From an uncultured Candidatus Rokubacteria bacterium (lineage in GTDB: Bacteria; Methylomirabilota; Methylomirabilia; Rokubacteriales; CSP1-6): a DNA stretch of 64,000 bases. A program made the translations under genes and the position numbers. Of this stretch, positions 1 to 10,857 are shown one piece after another. Within the stretch, counting starts at the first letter, position 1, and each line of letters begins with the position of its first letter. The notes under the pieces were generated by a model, which had not been told where the DNA came from, did not search any database, and was given only the letters and a program-made list of their open reading frames with translations. The DNA lies in NCBI GenBank assembly GCA_963771355.1, contig CAVYTA010000006.1:160001-224000 (forward strand). Direction: 5' to 3'.

Positions 1-996
<996 letters not shown>

Positions 997-997
<1 letters not shown>

Positions 998-2209
998 TGA
1001 CCGACCACATCGAGCCGCCGAAGAAGCCGCTGGGCCCCAGCACGCTCTCGGTGCACGGGGGCGAGACGCGTCCCAAGCCCGCCAACTCGCTGGCGACCCC
1101 GATCGTCCAGACCGCGACCTTCACCTTCGCCAACACCCAGGAGCTGAAGGACCACTTCGACGGCAAGATCGAGCGGGTCGAGTACGGGCGTTACGGCAAT
1201 CCCACCCAGCGCGTCGCCGAGGCCAAGCTGACCGCGCTGGAGGGCGCCGGCGACTGCCTGCTCTTCGCCAGCGGCATGGCCGCCATGACCACCGCGCTCT
1301 TCGCCATGCTCTCGCGCGGCACCCATGCCGTGGTCACCGACGACAGCTACCGGCGCACCCGCCAGTTCCTCAACCAGACGCTGTCACGCTACGGCATCGA
1401 GGTCTCGACCGTGCCCGCCGGCGACTACGAGGCACTGGAGGACGCGATCCGGCCCACCACGCGCGTGCTGCTGAGCGAGTCGCCGACCAATCCCTATAAC
1501 CGCGTGCTCGACCTCGAGCGGTTCGCGGCCATCGGGCGCAAGCATCGGGTGAAGACGGTCATCGACGCCACCTTCGCCACCCCCTACAATGCCCGGCCGC
1601 TGGAGTGGGGTGTGGATCTCGTCATGCACTCCGCCACCAAGTATCTGGGCGGTCACAACGATCTCCTGGCCGGCGCGGTGCTGGGCTCGAAGGAGCTGGT
1701 GGACGCGATCCGGGGACTGCAGGGCATCACCGGCGCCATCGTCGATCCCTTCGCGGCCTATCTCCTGGTGCGGGGACTCAAGACGTTCGCGCTCCGGATG
1801 GAGCGGCAGAACGCCAACGCGCAGGCGGTGGCGGAGTTCCTCGCCGCCCACCCCCGCATCGAGACCGTGCACTACCCGGGACTGCCCACCCATCGCGAGC
1901 ACGACGTCGCGAAGCGGCAGATGCGCGGGTTCGGCGGCGTGGTCTCCTTCGAGGTGCGCGGGGATCTGGACGCGACCGCGCGGGTGGTCGACGCGTGCGC
2001 CATCCCGTACCTGGCGGTGTCGCTGGGCGGGGTGGAGAGCCTCATCGAGCAGCCCGCGATCATGAGCTTCTACGAGCTCACCACCGAGGAGCGTCTCGAG
2101 ATCGGGATCAAGGACAACCTGATCCGCTACGCGGTCGGGATCGAGGACAGCTGACGATCTGATCGCCGACCTCGCCCAGGCCCTGGACCGCGCCTTCGCC
2201 GGCGCCTAG
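997..2209 (+). CDS. metB: Cystathionine gamma-synthase (plant-CGS-like), with a 1-nt frameshift near 2148
   Basis: ATG at 997 overlaps thrC stop (TGATG); motifs YGRYGNPT, ASGMAA, ESPTNP, HSATKYLGGHND; C-terminus DADDLIADLAQALD continues in a shifted frame to TAG at 2209. Confidence 0.85.
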
Positions 2210-2224
2210 CTCCGACCGCGAGGA

Positions 2225-3685
2225 TCAGTGGTCGGCGTCCGCGTCGTCGCGAAGGAACGCCCGCACGCGCTCCATCACCTCGTCCTTCGGGTAGATCCCG
2301 TTCACGAACCGCGCGCGGGCCAGCGGGTCCCCGGCGAAGAAGCGCTCGTAGAGCACCTGCCGGCTGCCGAACGACGTGCCGGCGATGTCCCACGCCAGCC
2401 GGAAGAGCTTCACGCGGTCGCGGGCGGCCGCCGTGTCGGTGGCCAGATACTGCTCGATGTGCGGCCCCAGCGGGCCGCCGAAATCGCGCTCGGTCGGGGT
2501 GATCATGAAGCTGCTCGATCCGAGGAGCTGCAGAATCTCCACCATGCGCGGGTAGGCGGTCATGAACAGGTTGCGTGTCATCTCGATCGGCACTTCCGCC
2601 GGACACATCACGCCCCACTCGTCGAGCTGCGCGTCGGCTTCGGCCGCCCGTGTGCACGCCTTCATCAGCTCCGTGTACTGGATCAGCTCGGCAAGTCTCT
2701 CCTCCGAATGAGGCAGCTGTGCGTTGCCGAGCGTTTCCGTCACGAGCAAGGCGACACCGAGCACGAACTCGCACTTCGCGATGTTCTTCGCGGCGCCCTG
2801 GTGCGCGGTGTGGGCCATCGAGTGGGTCCGCGCGCCGGTCCCGTTGATGAGACCCACGTCGCCGAGCAGGAACACACGCTCCCATGGGACCAGCACGTCG
2901 TCGAAGAACACGACGCAGTCCATTTCCTCGAAGCGCGATCCGAGCGGGTGATCGAAGTGCGACCGGCCGAGGTCGAAGCTCTCGCGGCACAGGAACCTCA
3001 ATCCGGGCGTGCCGCACGGGATGGCGAAGTTCAGCGCAAATGGGCTATGGTCGCGCCCCATGTCGCTCATGCGCGGGGAGTACACCGCGATCTCGTCGGC
3101 CAGTGGGCCGAGCGTCGCCAGGATGCGCGAACCCCGGACAACGATGCCCGCGTCGGTCTCGCGGACGACGGCGAGGGCGGTACCGTCCTGGAGGTTCAGG
3201 CCTGACGCGCTGCGGCTCCGCTGCAGATTGATCAGAGCGTGCGTGAGGGTGAGATCGTGCTCGCGGATGTACTCGTGGTATCGCCGAACGTTGTCGCCAA
3301 ACTCGGGCCGATTCTGCGCGAAATACGAAGCCGCGCCCGCCCAGGCCGCGTAGGTGACGTTCATGAAGTCCGGCGAGCGGCCCATCATCCCGCACGTGCG
3401 CCGCGCCCAGCGCAGCATCATGCCACGTCGGCGCTCCAGGTCCTCCCGGGTGCGCGGAATGATGAACGAAAGCCCGACCCGATCGCCGCTCGACGGCGAC
3501 ACGTACGTCATCTCGCCGCCCAGCGTCGGGTCGTGCTGCATGTCGTAGAGCGCAGCGACGGCCCGCGCCCCGTTCGCCAAGCCGGGATGCGTCGTCACGT
3601 CCTTCACACGCTCTCCACCCAGCCACACCTGCCGCTCCTGCTCCCGCAGGCCGTGGATGTACGCGTGTCCTGTTCGTGCTGGCAT
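2225..3685 (-). CDS. hpaB: 4-hydroxyphenylacetate 3-monooxygenase oxygenase component family (HpaB-like)
   Basis: MPARTG...YIHGLR start, VKDVTTHP, GMMGRSPDF, FDHPLGSRFEEMD, FGSRQVLYERFFAGDP. Confidence 0.88.
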   Translation of the reverse strand: MPARTGHAYIHGLREQERQVWLGGERVKDVTTHPGLANGARAVAALYDMQHDPTLGGEMTYVSPSSGDRVGLSFIIPRTREDLERRRGMMLRWARRTCGMMGRSPDFMNVTYAAWAGAASYFAQNRPEFGDNVRRYHEYIREHDLTLTHALINLQRSRSASGLNLQDGTALAVVRETDAGIVVRGSRILATLGPLADEIAVYSPRMSDMGRDHSPFALNFAIPCGTPGLRFLCRESFDLGRSHFDHPLGSRFEEMDCVVFFDDVLVPWERVFLLGDVGLINGTGARTHSMAHTAHQGAAKNIAKCEFVLGVALLVTETLGNAQLPHSEERLAELIQYTELMKACTRAAEADAQLDEWGVMCPAEVPIEMTRNLFMTAYPRMVEILQLLGSSSFMITPTERDFGGPLGPHIEQYLATDTAAARDRVKLFRLAWDIAGTSFGSRQVLYERFFAGDPLARARFVNGIYPKDEVMERVRAFLRDDADADH

Positions 3686-3729
3686 CTCATTGCGAATCTT
3701 AGGGCACTGACCCCCATTCGTCGAGGACA

Positions 3730-3758
3730 TTGACCGAGGCACGGTGTCGGTCTAGTGT
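3730..3758 (+). promoter_or_regulatory. Putative sigma70 promoter upstream of the GltI-like remnant and htrA
   Basis: TTGACC-17 nt-TAGTGT. Confidence 0.45.
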
Positions 3759-3772
3759 TTAGAACCGTGTCG

Positions 3773-4077
3773 ATGAAATCCGCGCTCGCGAGCTGCGCCG
3801 TCCTGCTCGCCGCGGCCGCTAGCCCGGCTGCCGGCCAGGAGATCCGGCCGACGCTCGACAAGATCAAGGAGACCGGGATCATCCAGATGGGGAACCGGGC
3901 GACGTCCCGTCCATTTTCCTTCCTCGGCAGCGACGGGCGGCCGGCGGGATTCTCGGTCGACCTCTGCGGACAGGTGGCCGACGCGATCCGAGAGTCGCTG
4001 AAGCTCCCCGGGGGCCCTTCGCGACGGCCAGCCCGCTGGTGAAGGCCCTCTACCTCCTTCATAGCTGGCCGGACTGA
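3773..4077 (+). pseudogene. GltI-like amino-acid ABC substrate-binding protein with a large internal deletion
   Basis: Signal peptide then TLDKIKETG..GNRATSRPFSF..GFSVDLC (SBP family 3 N-terminus), joined out of frame at about 4010 to GPFATASPLVKALYLLHSWPD*, which resembles the C-terminus of this family. Confidence 0.7.
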
Positions 4078-4108
4078 CCGTGAAGGACCTCATGTCGGAG
4101 GTACCGAG

Positions 4109-5167
4109 ATGAGCAGGGATACCCGGCGCGCGGTGATACTGGCGCTCGCGCTCCTGTTCGCGGCGCCGTCTCTAGGACAGGGCGAGACGCTCGGCGAGGC
4201 TTACCTCCGCGTCAGCACGTCGGTCGTCGTGATCCGGGCGCGGGGGGAGGAGGTAGGCGACTTCGGCCCGGTCACGTTCTCGGAGATCGGCTCGGGCGTC
4301 CTGATCTCGCCGGATGGGAAGGTGGCGACCGCGGCACATGTGGTCCAGACGATGGAGGACATCACGGTGGAGTTCCTCGGCGAGGAGCCCGTGCCCGCGC
4401 GCGTTATCGCCTCCGAGCAATGGGCCGACATCTCGATCATCCAGGTCTCGGTGGTGCCCCGTGGCGCCACCGTGTCCAAGCTCGCCGACTCCGACTCCGT
4501 CTCCATCGGCGATCCGGTCTTCATCGTGGGCGCGCCCTACGGGCTCAGCTATTCGCTGAGCGACGGGATCATCAGCGCGCGATGGGCGCCCGACACGGTC
4601 ACCAAGGACTTTCCGCTGGCCGAGTTCTTCCAGACCACCGCCACGATCAACACCGGCAACTCCGGCGGGCCGATGTTCAACCGGGCGGGCGAGCTGATCG
4701 GGATCGTCAGCCACAACATCTCGAAGTCCGGCGGGAGCGAAGGGCTCGGCTTCGTCGTCACCGCGAATACCGTGAGAAGCCTGCTGGTCGACCGGAACCG
4801 CGGGTTTTACGGGTTCGATGCCATTCTGGTGACGGGGGCGATGGCGCAAGCCCTCAAGGTGCCGCAGGCGGGCGGGTTCCTCGTGAAGCAGGTGGTCAAG
4901 GATACGGTGGCCAGCCAGATCGGGCTCAGGGGAGGAGACCGCACCGCCATCGTGGAAGGCCAGAAGATCGTCGTCGGGGGCGATATCTTGCTCGCGGTCC
5001 AGGGGATCCCCATGGCCAGCGGCGCCGACCGGGCCAAAGTCTTCAAGGGTCTCGAGTCGCTTCGAGTGGGCGACGACCTGCGGTTCACCGTCCTCCGCGA
5101 CGACAAGATCGTGGAGCTGACGATGAAGTGGACTGGCTTCCCGACTCAATTCATGCCGATGAAGTGA
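4109..5167 (+). CDS. HtrA/DegP-like trypsin-type serine protease with PDZ domain
   Basis: Signal peptide; GSGVLIS, TAAHVV (His), DISII (Asp), INTGNSGGP (Ser); C-terminal PDZ-like region. Confidence 0.9.
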   Translation: MSRDTRRAVILALALLFAAPSLGQGETLGEAYLRVSTSVVVIRARGEEVGDFGPVTFSEIGSGVLISPDGKVATAAHVVQTMEDITVEFLGEEPVPARVIASEQWADISIIQVSVVPRGATVSKLADSDSVSIGDPVFIVGAPYGLSYSLSDGIISARWAPDTVTKDFPLAEFFQTTATINTGNSGGPMFNRAGELIGIVSHNISKSGGSEGLGFVVTANTVRSLLVDRNRGFYGFDAILVTGAMAQALKVPQAGGFLVKQVVKDTVASQIGLRGGDRTAIVEGQKIVVGGDILLAVQGIPMASGADRAKVFKGLESLRVGDDLRFTVLRDDKIVELTMKWTGFPTQFMPMK

Positions 5168-5179
5168 TCGGGAAGCGCG

Positions 5180-5575
5180 CTAGCGCCCGTCGAGGATGTG
5201 GCGGTCCGGCACCACGGCGAGAAACTCGCCCTCCAGCATGGGCTGGCCCGCCCGCCGCACCACCACCTTCACCCAGCGCTTCTTGCCCTCGCTGCGCTCG
5301 ACAGAGGCTTCCGCCTCCACGCGGTCGCCCACCACCACCGGGCCCAGGAACTTCAGCGTGGCGCCCGCCAGCACCACGGTGGGTTCGTTGACGGCGAGCA
5401 TGGCGGCATAGTCGGCGAGGCCGAAGGTGAAGCCGCCATGCGCCAGGCCGCGCGCGTCGGCGGCCATGTCGCCGGTGATCTCGAGGGCGACGCGCGCCCG
5501 CCCCTCGGCGAGCTCGACGGGCTTGCCGCACAGATGCGCCGCGATCCGTTCGTGAGTCCGCTGGTCCATGGCCAT
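5180..5575 (-). CDS. PaaI-family hotdog thioesterase
   Basis: GLAHGGFTFGLADYAAMLAVN, FLGPV motifs. Confidence 0.85.
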   Translation of the reverse strand: MAMDQRTHERIAAHLCGKPVELAEGRARVALEITGDMAADARGLAHGGFTFGLADYAAMLAVNEPTVVLAGATLKFLGPVVVGDRVEAEASVERSEGKKRWVKVVVRRAGQPMLEGEFLAVVPDRHILDGR

Positions 5576-5636
5576 CCTCCCCGCCCGAGTGTACGCGAAG
5601 TGCGCCGGAGCCCGCATTGACCCGCGCCGTCCTCAT

Positions 5637-5665
5637 TTGACCCTCGGCCCCGGGCCCCGTATCAT
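5637..5665 (+). promoter_or_regulatory. Putative sigma70 promoter of the ThDP-enzyme operon
   Basis: TTGACC-17 nt-TATCAT, 45 nt before the ATG; AAGGA RBS. Confidence 0.55.
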
Positions 5666-5710
5666 CGGCCCCGGCCGAGCTGCTCCCCGCTGCTCCAGAA
5701 AGGACTGGTC

Positions 5711-7357
5711 ATGGCGACGATCACAGGCTCCGAGGTGCTCGCGCAGTCCCTCCGGTCGCAAGGCGTCGATACGATGTTCTACCTCATGGGTGGGCCGATG
5801 CTCGAGACCGAAGCGGCGTGCATCAAGCTCGGCATCCGGGCCATCGACACCCGCCACGAGCAGGCGGCGGCGCTGGCCGCGCACGCGTGGACGCGGGTGA
5901 CCCGCCGGCCCGGCGTGGCGATGGGCTGCTCGGGGCCCGGCGCGATCAACCTGGCCACCGGCGTGGCCAATGCCTTCACCGACTGCGCGCCGCTGGTCGC
6001 CATCGGCGGCTCGAGCCCGCGCGTATTCCTCGGGATGGAGGCCTTCCAGGAGATCGATCAGGTCGCCCTGATGAAGCCGATCACCAAGTGGACCGAGCGC
6101 ATCTACGACGCGAAGCGCATCCCCGACGTGGTCGACACCGCCTTCCGGCAGGCCACCTCCGGGCGGCCCGGGCCGGTGTACATCGACATGCCGGGCGACA
6201 TCCTGGGCGAGAAGGTGGAGGAGGAGCAGATCCACTACCCGGGGCCGTGGCGGCCGGCGCCGCGCACGCTGGGCGATCCCGCCGCGGTACGCGAGGCCAT
6301 CGCGCTCCTGGCCAAGGCCGAGCGGCCGGTGATCATCGCGGGCAGCGGGGTCTGGTGGTCGGACGGCGCCGCCGCGCTGCAGGCCCTCGTGGAGGCCACC
6401 GGCATCCCCTTCTACACCACGCCGATCTCGCGCGGGCTCATCCCCGAGGATCACGAGCTGGCCTTTCTCAATGCGCGGAGCAAGGCCTTCACCGAGGCCG
6501 ACGTGGTCCTGGCCGTCGGCACGCGCTTCAACTGGGTCATCCAGTTCGGGCGCCCGCCGCGCTTCGCCGCCGATCTCAAGGTGATCCACGTGGACATCAA
6601 CCCGACCCAGCTCGGCCACAACCGCGCCGTGGACGTGCCCATCGCGGGCGACGCGCGCGCCGTGCTCGAGCAGCTCCGCGCCGAGGCGGAGGGCAAGATC
6701 GCGCCCAAGCGCTATGCCGGCTGGACGGGCAAGCTGCGCACCCTGGACGCGGAGAAGGGCGCCGAGCAGGACAAGGCGATGAGCCAGGAGCAGACGCCCA
6801 TCCACCCGCTCCGGCTCTGCAAGGAGATCCGCGACTTCATGCGGCGCGACGGCATCCTGGTGGTGGACGGCCAGGAGATCCTCAACTTCGGCCGCCAGGC
6901 CATCCCCACCTATGTGGCGGGCCACCGGCTGAACTCCGGCGCATTCGGAACGATGGGCGTGGGCCTGCCCTTCGGGGTGGGGGCGAAGGTGGCGAAGCCC
7001 GACGCGCAGGTGCTCGTGCTGCACGGCGACGGCTCCTACGGCATCAATGCCATGGAGATCGACACCGCGGTCCGCCACAAGATCCCGGTGGTGGTGGTGA
7101 TCAGCAACAACGGCGGCTGGACCGCGGACGCGCCGTGGACGCGGCCGCTGCCCAAGCCCGGGCGCACGCTCGGGCACACGCGCTACGACCGGGTGGCGCA
7201 GGAGCTGGGCGCGCACGGCGAGTTCGTGGAGAAGCCGCACGATATCCGCCCCGCGCTGGAGCGGGCCTTCGCCTCGGGCAAGCCCGCGGTGGTCAACGTC
7301 ATCACCGACTCCAAGGCGCGGGCGCAGACGGTGCGCTTCTCCGCCTACACCACCTAG
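5711..7357 (+). CDS. ThDP-dependent enzyme, oxalyl-CoA decarboxylase / 2-hydroxyacyl-CoA lyase family
   Basis: RHEQAA (catalytic Glu), [39 protein letters not shown]...NNGG; next gene is a CoA-transferase. Confidence 0.85.
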   Translation: MATITGSEVLAQSLRSQGVDTMFYLMGGPMLETEAACIKLGIRAIDTRHEQAAALAAHAWTRVTRRPGVAMGCSGPGAINLATGVANAFTDCAPLVAIGGSSPRVFLGMEAFQEIDQVALMKPITKWTERIYDAKRIPDVVDTAFRQATSGRPGPVYIDMPGDILGEKVEEEQIHYPGPWRPAPRTLGDPAAVREAIALLAKAERPVIIAGSGVWWSDGAAALQALVEATGIPFYTTPISRGLIPEDHELAFLNARSKAFTEADVVLAVGTRFNWVIQFGRPPRFAADLKVIHVDINPTQLGHNRAVDVPIAGDARAVLEQLRAEAEGKIAPKRYAGWTGKLRTLDAEKGAEQDKAMSQEQTPIHPLRLCKEIRDFMRRDGILVVDGQEILNFGRQAIPTYVAGHRLNSGAFGTMGVGLPFGVGAKVAKPDAQVLVLHGDGSYGINAMEIDTAVRHKIPVVVVISNNGGWTADAPWTRPLPKPGRTLGHTRYDRVAQELGAHGEFVEKPHDIRPALERAFASGKPAVVNVITDSKARAQTVRFSAYTT

Positions 7358-7368
7358 GGGGCGCCGCG

Positions 7369-8566
7369 ATGCCCAAGGCCCTCGAGGGAATCCGGGTGCT
7401 CGACCTCACCCAGTACGAGGCCGGGCCGAGCTGCACGCAGATGCTGGCCTGGCTGGGTGCGGACGTGATCAAGATCGAGCCGCCGGCGGGGGAGCCCGGG
7501 CCGTACAGCGCTTTCGGATAAACGTGGTGAGGACGCGTGGTTCTTCCTGCTGCTCAATTCCGGGAAGAAGGGCGTGACGCTCAACCTCAAATCCCCGCGC
7601 GGCCGCGAGCTGTTCCAGGCCCTGGTGAAGCAGGCCGACGTGGTGGTGGAAAATCTCGGCCCCGGCGCCATGGACCGCCTCGGGCTGGGCTATGACGCCC
7701 TCAAGCGGCTGAACCCGCGCATCATCGCGGCCTCCGTCAAGGGCTTCGGCGCGGGCGGGCCGTACGAGAACTACAAGAGCTTCGAGTGGATCGCCCAGGC
7801 CATGGCCGGCGCGATGAGCATGACGGGCTCGCCCGATGGCCCGCCCACGAAGGCCATCGGCGGCCTGGCCGATACCGGGGCGGGGCTGCACACCGCCATC
7901 GGCATCCTGGCCGCCATCATCCAGCGCGGGGCCACCGGCGAGGGCCAGCAGATCGAGGTGGCCCAGCAGGACTCGGTGGTGAACCTCCTGCGGATACACC
8001 TGCGCGAGACGTATGCCACCGGCAAGCCCGCCCCTCGGCAGGGCAATCGCTCGGCGGCGGCGGCGCCCTCGAACCTCTACCGCTGCCGGCCCTTCGGTCC
8101 CAACGACTACGTGTTCATCCACGTGGCCACCGTGGAGATGTGGAAATCGCTCACCACCATCGTGGGGCGCCCGGAGCTGGGCGACGACCCGCGCTATGCG
8201 GACCGGCGGGATCGCGTGCAATTCGTCGATGAGCTCGACGCCATGATCGAGGCCTGGACGGAGAAGCGCACCAAGGGCGAAGTGCTGGAGATCCTGGCCG
8301 GGGCGGGGGTGCCGTGCGGGTCCGTGCTCGACTCGAAGGAGGTGCTGTCGGATCCGCATCTCCGTCAGCGCGGCTTCATCGTGGACCTCGAGCACCCGCG
8401 GCGCGGCGCCTACCCGATGCCGGGCAATCCCGTGCGCATGTCGGCGTCGCCCACCGAGGTCACGCGGGCGCCGCTGCTGGGCGAGCACAACGCGGAGGTG
8501 TACGGCGCCCTGCTCGGCCACGCGGGCGCCGAGCTCGACGCCCTGCGGCGCGACGGCGTCATCTAG
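7369..8566 (+). CDS. Class III (CaiB/BaiF, Frc-like) CoA-transferase, frameshift at about 7499
   Basis: [37 protein letters not shown] in one frame; [13 protein letters not shown]...[12 protein letters not shown]...ADTGAG continues in the next frame after one extra G. Confidence 0.88.
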
Positions 8567-8576
8567 GGGCGGCGCC

Positions 8577-9806
8577 GTCTCCACGTCTTCGGCCTCCGCC
8601 GCGCCCTCGACATTCGCGGCGCTGAAGACGCGCAACTACCGCCTCTACTGGTTCGGGCTCGTCTTCTACGTGCTCGGGCACCGCGCGGAGTACGTCACCT
8701 TCGCGTGGGTGATGTGGGAGCTGACCCACAGCGCGAAGCATCTCGGATATCTGGGGCTGGCGCAGGGCGTCCCCCTGGTGGTCTTCCAGCTCATGGGCGG
8801 CGTGCTCGCGGACCGCGTGAACCGCCTCCGGCTCCTCATCGGCACCCAGATCCTCACCGCGATCACGCTCAGCCTCGCCTTCGTCCTGGCGCTCCTGGGC
8901 CTCCTCCAGGAGAACCTGCTGCTCGTCCTGGCCGTGCTCATCAACATCTTCCGCGCCTTCGACGAGCCGAGCCGCATGTCGCTGGTGCCCCAGCTCGTCC
9001 CTCGCGAGCGGCTCCCGAACGCGATCGCGCTGGGCGGGATTCCCTGGCAGGCGGGGCGGGTGATCGGCCCCTCGATCACCGGCCTCCTCATCGCGGCCTT
9101 CGGCGGCGAGGTGGGGCTGGGGCTTGCGGCGGTGGCCTCCTGCCTCGCGCTGGCGCTCTATAGCCGGCTGCGGCTGGACTCGGCCCGCCCCTCGCCGGAC
9201 GGGCAGGACCCGTTCCAGCAGCTCGTGGAGGGGCTGCGCTTCGTGGCCGGGAACTTCGTCTTCGCGGGCCTCATCTGTCTCGCCCTGTTCAATGCCGTGT
9301 TCGGTCTCTCCTATGTCACGCTCCTGCCCATCTATGCCGACTTGTACTTCGGGACCGGATCCACGGGCTACGGTGTGCTCAACGCGGCCCACGGCATCGG
9401 CGCGCTGGTGGGCTCCCTCACCATGGCCACCCTCGCCTACCTGATCCGGCGGCCCGGCAAGGCGCTGCTGGCGGGCGCCATGGGGCTGGGGCTCGGGCTG
9501 ATGGTCTTCTCGCAAGCGCCGGGCATGGGGCTGGCGGTGCCGGTGCTGATGGCGGTGGGTTTCTGTAACACCTTCTACCTGATGCAGGTGAGCACGTTTC
9601 TCCAGCAGCGGGTGCCCGACCACCTGCGCGGCCGCGTGATGGGCATCTACTCGCTATGCTGGAACCTGCTGCCGCTGGGCGGCCTGCTGGCGGGGATGCT
9701 CGCGGCCGCGGTGGACGCGCGCTTCGCCGTCCTGGTGGGCGGCGCGATGGTGGCGGCGAACGCGCTCGTCCTGCTCGGCTCGCGCCGGCTCCGCGCGCTC
9801 GCGTGA
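8577..9806 (+). CDS. MFS transporter (EntS/DUF894-like); start codon unclear
   Basis: Open frame TFAALKTRNYRLYWFG upstream of the called GTG; GGVLADRVNRLRLL MFS motif A; about 12 hydrophobic segments; PDHLRGRVMGIY. Confidence 0.85.
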   Translation, partial: VSTSSASAAPSTFAALKTRNYRLYWFGLVFYVLGHRAEYVTFAWVMWELTHSAKHLGYLGLAQGVPLVVFQLMGGVLADRVNRLRLLIGTQILTAITLSLAFVLALLGLLQENLLLVLAVLINIFRAFDEPSRMSLVPQLVPRERLPNAIALGGIPWQAGRVIGPSITGLLIAAFGGEVGLGLAAVASCLALALYSRLRLDSARPSPDGQDPFQQLVEGLRFVAGNFVFAGLICLALFNAVFGLSYVTLLPIYADLYFGTGSTGYGVLNAAHGIGALVGSLTMATLAYLIRRPGKALLAGAMGLGLGLMVFSQAPGMGLAVPVLMAVGFCNTFYLMQVSTFLQQRVPDHLRGRVMGIYSLCWNLLPLGGLLAGMLAAAVDARFAVLVGGAMVAANALVLLGSRRLRALA

Positions 9807-9814
9807 CGCTCAGA

Positions 9815-10771
9815 CTATTGTGAGCTCGCCGCTCGGGCCGGCGTGAGCTGGGTCCGGCCCCAGGCGATGTCGAGCTCGCCCGCCCGGCTCACCGTGGCGC
9901 CGGGCACGTCGGGCGCGGTGGGGCCTTCGCCGGCCACCGTGGTCCGGTGCATCACGCGGCGATACTTGTCCTCGTCCCAGGGCCGGCCGCGGTGAAGCGT
10001 GCAGCGGTTATCCCACATGACGAGGTCACCGGATTGCCAGCGATGCGTGTAGACCAGCTCCGGCCGCGTCGCCCGCTCGAGCAGGTCGCGGATCAGCGCG
10101 CGCGCCTCGCCCGTCGGCATGCCGACGATCTCGCAGGCATGCGAGGCCACGTAGTACGCCTTGCGGCGGTTTGCCGGATTGGCGCGCACCAGCGCCTGCG
10201 GGACGGGCGGCACCTGGGCCGCGTGCTCCGGCGTCAGCAGCTCGTCGCCGACCAGGCCGCGTGAGTACTCGAAGCTGTGGATGGCCACCTTGCCCTCCAG
10301 ATGGCGCTGGAGGTCCATCGGGAGCCGCTCGTAGGCGACGCGCATGCTGGCGTACTGGGTCTCGCCGCCCTCCGGCGGCACCTCGCGGCCCGAGAGCAGG
10401 GAGGCCAGCGCGGGGACTCGCTTGAACGAGCTGTCCGTATGCCACATCTGGTTGCCGGCATTGAAGAGGTTGCGCTTGTCCCCGGCGGGGATGATCTGGT
10501 CCTCGGCGTCCACGTTGGCGAGGTTGGCGATCTCGGGCAAGGTCCTCGCCTGGCTGTTGATGCTGCGGATGGTCACCTCGAGCGGCCCGAAGCGCCGGCT
10601 GAAGGCGATCTGCTCGTCGTCGGTCAGCGATTGCCGGCGGAAGAGCAGCACCGAGTGGTCGTTGAAGGCTTCGACCACGGCCTCGAAGGTGGCCGCGTCC
10701 ACCCGCTTCACGTCCAGGTCGTGGATCTCGACGCCGAACAACGGGTGGAGGCGACTCGTCGTGAGCCCCAT
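9815..10771 (-). CDS. TauD/TfdA-family Fe(II)/2-oxoglutarate dioxygenase
   Basis: WHTDSSF (HxD), GGETQYASMR, WDNRCTLHRG, RVMHRTT. Confidence 0.9.
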   Translation of the reverse strand: MGLTTSRLHPLFGVEIHDLDVKRVDAATFEAVVEAFNDHSVLLFRRQSLTDDEQIAFSRRFGPLEVTIRSINSQARTLPEIANLANVDAEDQIIPAGDKRNLFNAGNQMWHTDSSFKRVPALASLLSGREVPPEGGETQYASMRVAYERLPMDLQRHLEGKVAIHSFEYSRGLVGDELLTPEHAAQVPPVPQALVRANPANRRKAYYVASHACEIVGMPTGEARALIRDLLERATRPELVYTHRWQSGDLVMWDNRCTLHRGRPWDEDKYRRVMHRTTVAGEGPTAPDVPGATVSRAGELDIAWGRTQLTPARAASSQ

Positions 10772-10806
10772 GGGGTGTCCTCCGCGCTGAGGGTGACCGT
10801 CGGCCC

Positions 10807-10820
10807 GATGATATATCATC
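10807..10820. promoter_or_regulatory. Perfect 14-bp palindrome, candidate operator between divergent genes
   Basis: GATGATATATCATC equals its own reverse complement; AT-rich in a GC-rich background. Confidence 0.55.
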
Positions 10821-10823
10821 TAC

Positions 10824-10847
10824 GGGCACTCCAAAGGGCACTCCAAA
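10824..10847 (+). repeat. 12-bp tandem direct repeat
   Basis: GGGCACTCCAAA x2 immediately before the GGAGG RBS. Confidence 0.85.
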
Positions 10848-10857
10848 GGAGGCAGAG

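Noticed and set aside
2152..2154. TGA ending the CGS ORF early, considered as selenocysteine or readthrough
   Set aside because: The conserved tail continues in a different frame, so this is a 1-nt insertion, not recoding.
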